From: Candidatus Eremiobacteria bacterium
GTDB lineage: Bacteria > Vulcanimicrobiota > Vulcanimicrobiia > Vulcanimicrobiales > Vulcanimicrobiaceae
Direction: 5' to 3'
Assembly: GCA_963737065.1 (NCBI GenBank)
Contig: CAVTRC010000001.1
Span: 608,001-672,000, forward strand
Length of the DNA: 64,000 bases
Positions 49,905 through 59,200 of this stretch are shown in pieces. The translations under genes and the position numbers were made by a program. The first letter of the stretch is position 1. Every line of letters starts with the position of its first letter. The notes under the pieces were generated by a model. It saw only the letters and a list, made by a program, of their open reading frames with translations. It searched no databases and was not told the DNA's origin.

Positions 49905-50594
49905 TCAGCGGCAACGATTGACGAGCGGTTGAACGAGCGCGCGCACTTCCGACTCTTCGACGCCGATTCTATACTGTGTGAGCGCGACGTCGACGGCAAT
50001 GTTTCCGTACGCGTCCGCCGAGATCAAATTACCATACGAGAAGTCTTTCGGAGCGCGGAGCCGCGTTTCACTTGCTTGTGTCGTTTGAACGGTGCGGTCT
50101 TGTTGCGCGTCGGGACGGACCATCGCTGCCATGGGATTCTTGAAGTTTTCAATGTCCGCAAGCTCCTGTGTGTCGGCCGTCCCCGAAAACTCGTTCAGTG
50201 AGTCCGCCTGAAGGTCCGCAACCACCGATAGCCGCGCACCGAGCGAAGCAACTTCGTGCGCTTCTTGAGGATCCTTGAGCGCGACGGTTGCGAGTTTTTC
50301 GAGCAGCGCATGGATCTTGATGTTGTTTGCGGCTACGTCGTCGACGACGTCCAAAAGGTGCACGTTATCCGCTTCAACCCATCCGTCGCTCTGCGCGACG
50401 TCCATTTTGGCCATGTCTTGTAAGAGCTCGCGCCCTCGGTCGATCATGCCGTCCTGAATAAAAAGGCCTTGGATCGACGGCGCGACGATCGTGCGCACGG
50501 CATTGCACAGTACCGACGTTTTCGTCGTCACGATGATCGGCAGCGGAGTCGCCGGCGCGGCGGGAACGACTACGGCAAGTAGTAACGCGAGCAT
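49905..50594 (-). CDS. Hypothetical exported helical protein
   Basis: GAGGGA RBS before MLALLLAVVVPAAPA; Cys near each end. Confidence 0.6.
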   Translation of the reverse strand: MLALLLAVVVPAAPATPLPIIVTTKTSVLCNAVRTIVAPSIQGLFIQDGMIDRGRELLQDMAKMDVAQSDGWVEADNVHLLDVVDDVAANNIKIHALLEKLATVALKDPQEAHEVASLGARLSVVADLQADSLNEFSGTADTQELADIENFKNPMAAMVRPDAQQDRTVQTTQASETRLRAPKDFSYGNLISADAYGNIAVDVALTQYRIGVEESEVRALVQPLVNRCR

Positions 50595-50756
50595 CGTACT
50601 TCCCTCATATGATTGCGCTGCTCTGCGCGAACGCTTCGCGATTGCGCTCGGTGACGCGTGATAGGTACCATGCCGGGGTTTTGCTCGTGGCGCGTAACAC
50701 GTCAACGGCTCCCGCGAAAGTCACCTGTGTAAAGAGTCCGTAAACTATTAGGACCA

Positions 50757-50841
50757 GAGGCCCAAAGCACCCGCAAGTTCGCGGTGCGGCGACCCGATGC
50801 TCTACGTATTAGGAGTCGGGTTTGGGCTTCAGCGTAAACCC
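50757..50841 (+). other. Candidate structured RNA (three-way junction) upstream of a small ORF
   Basis: GAGGCCCAAA/TTTGGGCTTC closes the hairpins GCACCCGC/GCGGTGC and CCCGA..CTCTA/TAGGAG..TCGGG. Confidence 0.4.
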
Positions 50842-50859
50842 ATATGAGGAGACAACGGA

Positions 50860-51012
50860 ATGCAAGACGCCCCTGACGACATGTGCGTTATCGAAGAATG
50901 GATGCTCGAACTCCTTGAAGACGATCGTCCGATCGAGTATGCCTTCAGGCCGAAACAGGTCAGCGACGGATTACATTGGATGTATCGCGCGTCGCTCATC
51001 CGGCACAACTAA
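50860..51012 (+). CDS. Small hypothetical protein (50 aa) MQDAPDDMCVIEEWMLELLEDDRPIEYAFRPKQVSDGLHWMYRASLIRHN
   Basis: Strong GAGGAG RBS 8 nt before ATG; below the ORF-track length cut-off. Confidence 0.55.
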   Translation: MQDAPDDMCVIEEWMLELLEDDRPIEYAFRPKQVSDGLHWMYRASLIRHN

Positions 51013-51230
51013 CGGCGTTATGCGGTGACGGCGTTGGGGTCGCTATCAATTATGTTGAGTGCGACTCTCACGATCGCGTGATTTTATAGGTGGCGTAAAG
51101 GAAGCGATAACTTGCGGTTAGTCGCCGCCTCGCAAGCGACCGCCTGTGATATTGTAAGACCCGTTCAAGCGTTGGCGCTCTGATTGTTTTTAGAGCGCGG
51201 CGCACGTTCTTGCGTTAAAAAGGGGGCGCC

Positions 51231-51713
51231 ATGTATTGGTACTGCCGGGCATTTCTTTTGTCTTTTTTTGCAATCGTCGGCACGACGGCGGCGATGGCGG
51301 CCGCACCGAACGTCACGCTGCGGCTCGACGCCGCACTCGTTCACGTCGTAAACGGCAAGGTGACGACATCGGCTGTCGATCGTCCGCTCAAGGCCGGTGA
51401 CGTGATCGAATATCGCATCGTTGCGCGTAATGCCGGCAATGCCTCGGCGTTGGCGTTTTCGCCCCTAGGGAAAGTTCCCGCGCATACCGAGTTTTTGCAA
51501 AATGAAGGCGCGAGTCGCGCGGCGCGCGCTTCATATACGCTCGATGGAACGCATTGGTCGGAACATCCCATGGTCCGTGCAGTGAAATCGTCGGGACACG
51601 TCGTTATGGAACCGGCGCCGCGCTCGCTCTATCGCGCGGTGCGATGGACGCTCTCGGGCGCGCTCGTGCCGTCGCAAACGGCGACGTTCGCGTATGAAGT
51701 GCGCGTGCAATGA
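51231..51713 (+). CDS. Small exported DUF11-like single-domain protein (putative chaperone/cap of a fibre system)
   Basis: Signal peptide; KAGDVIEYRIVARNAG...PLGKVPAHTEF...VRW...TFAYEVRVQ*. Confidence 0.8.
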   Translation: MYWYCRAFLLSFFAIVGTTAAMAAAPNVTLRLDAALVHVVNGKVTTSAVDRPLKAGDVIEYRIVARNAGNASALAFSPLGKVPAHTEFLQNEGASRAARASYTLDGTHWSEHPMVRAVKSSGHVVMEPAPRSLYRAVRWTLSGALVPSQTATFAYEVRVQ

Positions 51714-54187
51714 AACTCCACCGGTCTCTTGCGGCGGCGGGCGCGTTTGCGCTCGCCGTTCAACTCACGTCGCCGCTCACGGTTAATGCCGCGAACGGCC
51801 ACGACGACCCCGGAACGCAGGTGACGAACACCGCGAACGCAGTCTATAAAGACGCCGGCGGAAACTCGTACACCACCACCTCCAATACGGTAACGGTGAC
51901 GGTGCAAAACGCGCCGACTCTAACGAATACGCCGGGCACCGGTTCCCCGTATGCGCCGGGACAGGTCGTAACCGACACGTTCGTGCTCACGAACACCGGT
52001 AACGGCGCGGGCACGTTCCAAGTCTCCGATACGTCATCCGCGCCTACGGCGAGCTCCGATGCGGTGCTCGGCGGAAGCGATGCGGCAGCGGCGACGCTCG
52101 GCAACGGCGCGGCGACGTGCACGACACCCGCCGGCTCGCAATCGGCGCCGTGCAAATACGCGGCGACGGTCGGCGGCACGACATACTATTTCACGAGCCT
52201 CAATGGAACGAGCGACAACAACTCGCTCGACTATTGGCTACTCCACACGAATCCGGCGACCGCCGCAGGTTCGTCGATCACCGTCTCCGTGTACTACGCG
52301 CTCGCGACGAGTGCTTCGACGCCCGCGACGGTAACATCGAGCATCTACGCATCGGTGGCGTATCCTGCCGCAGGCAGTGCGCCTGCTACGACGTCGTCCT
52401 CTGTCAACGCAACGGAGTCGAATACCGTTACCGCGGACGCGCGCCTCGACTTGTACAAGGCGAGCAGTCAGAATCCGGCGACCGGCGACATCACGTACAC
52501 GGTCTCTGCGCACAACGGAGGCGCGTTTGCCGCGAAGGATCTGCAATCGGTGAAAGCGCTGCTCGGCAGTGCGACTGCGGGCGTGCTGATCTCCGACAAG
52601 GTTCCGCAGTTCGGTGGGTCGCCGCTTTCGCTCAGCAATTCGGGCACGGTCACCGTTACGCCGAACGCGACGTATGGATTTGCGACCGGCGCGACGGCCG
52701 ACCTGTATTACTCGACGTCGGCAACCGGTACGACTAGCTGGACGAAAGCGACAGGAAATCTTCCGACGGACGGCAGCGTAACCTACGTTGCAATCTTCAT
52801 TCACGGTGGGACCTGCACGAGCGCCGGATACGAGCTGTGCGCGGACACCGGTCATGCGACGACGCCCGGTAACAGCAACGTTGCCTCCGCTGCGGCGATT
52901 GCGTTCTCGTTCACGGTCGTTCAGCCGAGTGGGCCCGGATCGGCCAACGCGAACGCAGTCAAAAACCTCGCGAACGGTGTCATCGGCGACAACCAGTCGA
53001 CGGAGCACATACTCGGACCGGGCATTCCGGGCGGAACGGCCGATACGCCATCGGCGACGCCCATCACAACGAGCGGTCAAGGCATAAACAACACCACGAA
53101 CACCTCGACGAACGGCGCGTCCAATCAGATCGGAAATCAAGCCCTTGCGTCGTACGCGCCGCAAAACGGTCCGTTCGGACAACCGGCCGCCGTTGGGTCG
53201 TATGACGGCGTCGTCGGATCGAATGGATCCAACGATTTCACAGCGTTTCCTTTCGGTCTCGCGGGCGATAGCGTCGTTAATACGAGTACGACGGTGGGAT
53301 CACCGGTAACCGCGGCAACGCTGGGCTCCGCGCAAACGATCTGCGTCGCGCATACGCTCAAAAACAACGGGAATCACGACGACTCGTTCAACATCGTCGC
53401 CACCGTTCCAACGGCATACCAGGTTCCGTCGACCAGCGGTGGAACTGCGGTCGCCGGCTGGAAGACCGGCGTTTATTCCGATGCGGCGTGCAGCGCCGCG
53501 CTCGGCGGATCGACCGACGGATCGCCGGCGGCGACCGCATCGAACGTTGCGATCGCCTCGGGCAACTCGCTCAACTATTACGTGAAATACGTCATTCCAG
53601 CGGGAGTGAAGTACTTCTACCGCTTTGACGCTTCGATCGTTGCGACCAGTGTCGGCAGCGGTTCGCAAAGCGACTCGACGCACGATGAACTTTACTCGGG
53701 ATTCGTCGCGCTCACGAAATCGCAGAATGTCACGAGCAACGGTTGCCCTTCGGGTGTGTCGCCGTCGTATGCAGCCGGCACCGTCTGTCCGACCGGCGTG
53801 ATCGCCTACACGGTCGACTATCGCAACCTCGTGATGGGCACGAGCAGCACCAACATCTCGTTCAACGCGTGCACGACGCAAGCGGGATCGTTGCAGATAA
53901 CGGATGACGGCACGCTCTCGACATCCAGCTCGACGACCACCGTCGCCAATTGGGCATCGTTTGCATCAATGACGGCCGCTCCGTCGGACTCGAGCGCCTC
54001 GTCGTCGTTCACGTACGCCACCGGCGTTCCCGCGGCCGGCGCAAGCCCGACGTGGAGTGCGGCGGCGACGAAGTTTGTCGACACGGTCGGTGGCTCGTCG
54101 TTCCAACTCGTTCCAAAAAACTACAGCGGTCCGTCGGCAACGCAAGGCAATCAGGGGACGGTGACGTTCTCCATCGCGGTGAAGTAA
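51710..54187 (+). CDS. Large exported Ser/Thr/Gly-rich multi-Ig/DUF11-like protein (putative major fibre subunit)
   Basis: Signal peptide, N-terminal PGTQVTNTANAVYKD...SNTV hairpin, Ig-like repeats (LTNTGN, LKNNGN), C-terminal LTK...YTVDYRN...ITDDG...VTFSIAVK. Confidence 0.8.
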   Translation: MKLHRSLAAAGAFALAVQLTSPLTVNAANGHDDPGTQVTNTANAVYKDAGGNSYTTTSNTVTVTVQNAPTLTNTPGTGSPYAPGQVVTDTFVLTNTGNGAGTFQVSDTSSAPTASSDAVLGGSDAAAATLGNGAATCTTPAGSQSAPCKYAATVGGTTYYFTSLNGTSDNNSLDYWLLHTNPATAAGSSITVSVYYALATSASTPATVTSSIYASVAYPAAGSAPATTSSSVNATESNTVTADARLDLYKASSQNPATGDITYTVSAHNGGAFAAKDLQSVKALLGSATAGVLISDKVPQFGGSPLSLSNSGTVTVTPNATYGFATGATADLYYSTSATGTTSWTKATGNLPTDGSVTYVAIFIHGGTCTSAGYELCADTGHATTPGNSNVASAAAIAFSFTVVQPSGPGSANANAVKNLANGVIGDNQSTEHILGPGIPGGTADTPSATPITTSGQGINNTTNTSTNGASNQIGNQALASYAPQNGPFGQPAAVGSYDGVVGSNGSNDFTAFPFGLAGDSVVNTSTTVGSPVTAATLGSAQTICVAHTLKNNGNHDDSFNIVATVPTAYQVPSTSGGTAVAGWKTGVYSDAACSAALGGSTDGSPAATASNVAIASGNSLNYYVKYVIPAGVKYFYRFDASIVATSVGSGSQSDSTHDELYSGFVALTKSQNVTSNGCPSGVSPSYAAGTVCPTGVIAYTVDYRNLVMGTSSTNISFNACTTQAGSLQITDDGTLSTSSSTTTVANWASFASMTAAPSDSSASSSFTYATGVPAAGASPTWSAAATKFVDTVGGSSFQLVPKNYSGPSATQGNQGTVTFSIAVK

Positions 54188-54191
54188 CGAC

Positions 54192-56297
54192 GTGAACCGC
54201 TTCGGTTGGATCGCGGCGATCGTGCTGTGCGCTCTTGCAGCACAGCACGTCGCCGCGTCCCCGACCGGCGGAACGAGCATCGTGAACGAAGCGTCCGCAA
54301 CGTATAGCGATGTCTTCTCGCACGCCTATCAGACCACTTCCAATGCGATCGTCTCGCAAGTCGTGAGCCTCTCGTCGCTCGTCGTCTCGCCGAAACAAAA
54401 TGCGGCGGCACCGGCGTCGGATACGGTTGCGGTGAACGCATCCGCCACGCGCGTCTTCACGATCACCAACACATCGAACATCACCGACGCGTATCGCATC
54501 ACGAGTCTCCAGACGGGGCCACTCGGCGTTACGTCGATTGCATGGATCACACCGCCGGGATCGCTCGCCACGGCGGTCAACGGGAGTGCATCGCCCCAGA
54601 TCGGGCCCGGTTCATCGATCTCCGTTCGCGTGACGCTTTCTACGAGCGGACTCAACGTCGGCCAGTCGGTTCCGATCGCGCTCACCGCGCAGACGACGGT
54701 GACGCAGACCGGAAACGGTCTCGCGCACGATAGCGGTATGGAATGGGTGATCGGTGCGACGGGCCCGCACTTTTCGGGGCCGGCCGGTGCAAACACCACC
54801 GTCCTGAAGACCGTAAATAATGCGAGGCAGGTACAGACCCAACCGGGCGCAACCGTGACATTTCACATTGCTGCACTCAATAGCGGCGGCGCCGCGGCGA
54901 CGAACGTGCAGATCAGCGATCCGGTACCGGCGGGGTTGCGGGTTGATCTGTCATCGGCAGAGTTGAACGGTCAACCCGCGGGCGCGCAAGCGTCACTGAG
55001 CGGAAACACAATCGTGTTTCGCGTTCCGTCGATCGGCGCCCAGCAAAGCGTCGATGCGACGTTCAACGCGATCCTTCCGCCGGGAGAATCGCTCGGCGAG
55101 TCCTTCGTGAACGTCGCGACGACAGCCGCAGACGGCATTCCCGCAACCGCAACGACTCCCGCCGATGTTTTTTCTGGTTCATCGAACATCGTCTTCGATG
55201 GTTTTGCGGGTGCTGGACATCCGATCGCCGGCGCGGTTATCGCGCTGCTCGATGCGAACGGGAAACCGGTCGGAATCAACGCGCCGAATCCGTCGGTTAC
55301 CGGACCGGACGGCAAGTACGCGCTCCCGCTTTCAGTTCAACTGATTCCCGCAGCGGGCGCGCATTTTACGCTGACGATTTCGGCACCGTCGTATCTAAAC
55401 CGGCGCATCACCCTGGTGATTACGCCCACCGCGAACGGGTTCTACAACGTCTCCGAAACATCGGCTGACGCGCAACCGATCGCGGCGGCCGGCGGCTTCA
55501 CCCTCACGATGAACAACGTTCATCTTCAAGACGTCTTCGGGCTGTTCGGCAACCTGCCGCTCTTCGCGCTCAGAACGATCTCCGTCACGAAGACGTCCGA
55601 CAAACAAGCGGCGTCTGCGGGGGACCGGGTGATCTTCACACTCGGTCTGCAAAATCAAACGACGTTTGGAATCGCGAACGTTCGTGTCGTCGATACGATG
55701 CAAGCCGGATTTGCGTATCTGAACGGAACGGCGAGAGTTGACGGGCTTCCACTCGAACCGCTGGTATCTGGACGCACGCTTTCGTGGGTCTTTTCATCGA
55801 TTGCACCGGCGCAGATGCACACGATCACCTATGGCGCAACGATCGTGCCCGGCGTTGCTGCGGGAAGTACCCTTGCGAACAGCGTTTCGGTGAACGGCAG
55901 CGCGGCGATCGGCGGCGTGAATACCGGCGCTTCCGCAAGTACGAGCGTGATGGTCATCGACGGCGTGCTTTCCATGCGCCGCGTCGTGACCGGTAGAGTA
56001 TTCTTCGACGACGCGCATCGCGGTTATTTCGTGCGCGGCGACCGCGCGATCTCCAGCGTTCGCGTCGTCCTTGAAGACGGTTCGTTCGCGATCACCGATT
56101 CCGGCGGCGCGTTTTCGTTTCCGTCCGTTCGCCCCGGATTGCATGTCGTGCGAATCGATCCGCTGACGTTGCCGGCGTCCGCGCGCGCACAGAGTGATGC
56201 GCCGATGAATTCCAGTCGCTCGTACGAGCAGCTATTGCACGGCGTGCTCGACGACGGAACGATGGAAGACGTCGAATTTGCGGTGGCACCGCGATGA
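54192..56297 (+). CDS. Exported protein with two DUF11 domains and a C-terminal SdrD-B/Cna-B-like domain (putative base/adaptor)
   Basis: GGTSIVNEASATYSD...SNAI; LKTV..PGATVTF...SDPVPAG; VTKTSD..AGDRVIF...VDTM; GRVFFDD...TDSGGAFSF...PG. Confidence 0.8.
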   Translation: MNRFGWIAAIVLCALAAQHVAASPTGGTSIVNEASATYSDVFSHAYQTTSNAIVSQVVSLSSLVVSPKQNAAAPASDTVAVNASATRVFTITNTSNITDAYRITSLQTGPLGVTSIAWITPPGSLATAVNGSASPQIGPGSSISVRVTLSTSGLNVGQSVPIALTAQTTVTQTGNGLAHDSGMEWVIGATGPHFSGPAGANTTVLKTVNNARQVQTQPGATVTFHIAALNSGGAAATNVQISDPVPAGLRVDLSSAELNGQPAGAQASLSGNTIVFRVPSIGAQQSVDATFNAILPPGESLGESFVNVATTAADGIPATATTPADVFSGSSNIVFDGFAGAGHPIAGAVIALLDANGKPVGINAPNPSVTGPDGKYALPLSVQLIPAAGAHFTLTISAPSYLNRRITLVITPTANGFYNVSETSADAQPIAAAGGFTLTMNNVHLQDVFGLFGNLPLFALRTISVTKTSDKQAASAGDRVIFTLGLQNQTTFGIANVRVVDTMQAGFAYLNGTARVDGLPLEPLVSGRTLSWVFSSIAPAQMHTITYGATIVPGVAAGSTLANSVSVNGSAAIGGVNTGASASTSVMVIDGVLSMRRVVTGRVFFDDAHRGYFVRGDRAISSVRVVLEDGSFAITDSGGAFSFPSVRPGLHVVRIDPLTLPASARAQSDAPMNSSRSYEQLLHGVLDDGTMEDVEFAVAPR

Positions 56298-59200
56298 AGC
56301 GGTTGGGAAGAGCGTTGCAGTGTGCGGGCGCCGCGCTTATGGTCGCGTCGTTTATGACGTCGATGACGACCCGCGTTTCCGATGCCGATACGGCGGCCGG
56401 CGCGGCGACGGCAACGTTCGTCGCGCCGAACCCGGGCAGCGCTGCGCCGATCGGCGCAACCAACGTCATCATCTCGACCCAACTCGGCAGTTCGATCGAG
56501 TTGCTCGACGACGGCGAACTCGTCGACGGAAAGCACCTCGGTAAGCGAACGTTCAACAAATCGACCGGCGAGGCGCAATGGTTTTTCTACGGCGTCACAT
56601 TGCACCCGGGACCGAACGAACTCGTCGCGACCGCGCTCCGCGCGCCCGGGTTACGTGGAACGCCGGCGACATTGACCGTCTATGGACCCGGTGACGCGCA
56701 GACAATTCGCGCGGAGTTCGGATCGCATTTACGTGCCGATGGAAAAACGATCGCTCCGCTCAATATTACGGTCAGCGACCGGTACGGCAATGCTGCGGCG
56801 CCCGCGCAACGTGTGGACGTGCGAATTTTGCGCGGAAACGTAACCTTCGGCGATCTGCCGAAAGACGGTACGAACGCCGCACCGGCGTCGCCGGACGTTC
56901 TCACTTCGCCCGCGCCGCAGGGCGCGCTTTCCGCGCAAGTGCCGCTTCCCGTCGGTGGATATCTGTCGCTTCCCGTCGTGTCGGGAACGCTCGCCGGCGC
57001 ATTCGACATCGAGGTACGCGTCGGCAACGCGTATCTTCGGCGTTCGTTCTACGTCGAGCCATACGTTCGCCCCGCATTCGTTACGGGGCTTGCGTCGGTC
57101 GGCGTCGGCGCCGTCCCGGGTGACGTCGACGGCGACGGTATCGAAGACGGCGGCGGAGCGCGCCGCGAGCGCGCAGCGATTTTCGCAACGGGAGCCGTTG
57201 GACGCACGCTCGTGACCGCCGGCTACGAATCGCAAAACCGTCTGTCGCCCGTTTCGTCTCTCGGTGCGCCGGTCGATTCGCCCAATAGCCGTCCGTATTT
57301 GACGTACGGCGACAGCTCGACGATCGCACAGCCGTATCGCTCGCAAGATCACTTCTACGCGCGCGTGGATCGCGGAAGGTCGAGCGCATTGTGGGGGCAG
57401 TACGTTGCGGACGTCGGGCCACCGGACGTGGGCGGATATCAGCAGCTCTTGAACGGCGCGAAGGTCGATGTGTCGCTCGGTGCGAGCGGACGCGCGCGTG
57501 TAACCGCGTTTACCGCGCGCAATCAGCAAGCGTTCATTTCGACGATTCTTCCGTTGACGGGACTCGCCACGCTTTCCGCACCGCTTCACCCCGACATCGT
57601 CGTCGGCTCGGATCTGCTGCAGTTGGTGACGCTCGACCGCGCGACGGGTTTGATGATTCGAGAGACACCACTCTTGCGAAACGTCGACTACACAATCGAT
57701 TACGCGACGGGCATCCTGCGTTTCATCAACGTACCGCTACCGTACGACCCGCAGTTCAATCCGCAAGTCGTCTCGCTGCAATACGAATACCAGGGGCCGG
57801 GCGTCGCATCACAGACGACCGGTGCGCAGGTCAGCTACGCGCTTTCCCTCGACGGCCGCACGACGGCCCGTGCAGGTTACGTCAACGACGCAACCGGAAC
57901 GCAAAATTTCGCGCTCGTCACACAATCGCTAGCGCGGACATGGGCGAACGGATCGTTTACCGTTTCTCATGCTTCCAGCGCCGGGTTCGTTCCGAGCGCC
58001 GGAAGCTCGACGCAACTGGGCGCGGCGACCGTGGTGCCGCATAACGGCGAAGCGATCTCCGTCGCGCTCGATGAACGGAATGCCACGAATGCCGTTGCGC
58101 TCGGATATCAGTCGACTAGCGCGGGTTATAACGATCCGTTCGGTGGATTCAGCTCGCCCGGAACGCGCGCATATCGTGCGATCTATTCACTCGGCACGGC
58201 GCGTGCCGGTCAACTGCAAATGAACCTCTCGGGTGAAAGTAACACCGGCATCGGAGCGGCAAGCAGCGAGCTCGACGGTGCGGTGACGTACCTGCGCGCC
58301 CTCACGTCCCGCTTGACGATGAGCGCGGGCGTTGCCGAGCATCGCCAAACGATCGGGGCGCAGCCGTCGGCGTCTCCCGCTGCGAACGTCGCATTAGCGA
58401 ATACGCAGCAGACGCAGGCGCAGGCATCCCTCACCTACCGCATGCCGGAGCGTCTCGGCATTTCGGTTTCGGAATCCGACACGCTGCGCGGCAGTGATGC
58501 GGGCTCAACGCAACCGTCTCAGACGCAACTCGAAGCGACGTACGACTTGCCAAAGCGCGGCCGTTTGTTCTTCCGCGAACTTTGGAGCGATCAACCGTCG
58601 GCGACGTTTGCGAATTCAACGGCAAATCTCAATATCGCGTCGGGCTCGACCCATTCGATGCAATTCGGGGTCGAACAGCCGCTCTCGGCGGCAACGACGG
58701 TTAGCTCGCAATACGTCATCGATCAAGTCGCGTCGGGCGTGAATATCTATGCCGCGGCAGGCATTGACGAACGCGTGCATCTCGGCAAAGCAATTGCCGG
58801 AAACTTGACGTTGCAATCGGCAAACGCAGTTGGCGCGGGAGCGGAGGGATTCACCGTTCTCGGTGCCGCGCTCACATACGCGCCGGCGAGCGGGAAGTTT
58901 CGCAGTTCGGTTTCGTATCAAGATCGAACGGGCGCGTCGTCCGGATCGACCGTTTCCGCGGCAATCGCAGGTCATATCAGCGACGCTCTCTCAGCGGTGG
59001 GCTTCATTCAACGCGCATACGGCAACGGGATCAACGCGATCGACGATCGGTTGTCGGTTGCGTATCGTCCGCGCGCCGACGATCGCCTCATCTCACTCTT
59101 CGATTACGAGCGAGGCAACGAGACCGGGCTCGCCGGTGAAGCGGCGAACGTCGCCTCGTTCGAAGAGTTGTTTCGCATGACGCAGACCTTTGAACTCGCC

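Noticed and set aside
50700..51230. Known c-di-GMP riboswitch upstream of the surface-protein operon
   Set aside because: I could not match class I or II consensus features by eye; kept only as an unclassified structured-RNA candidate.
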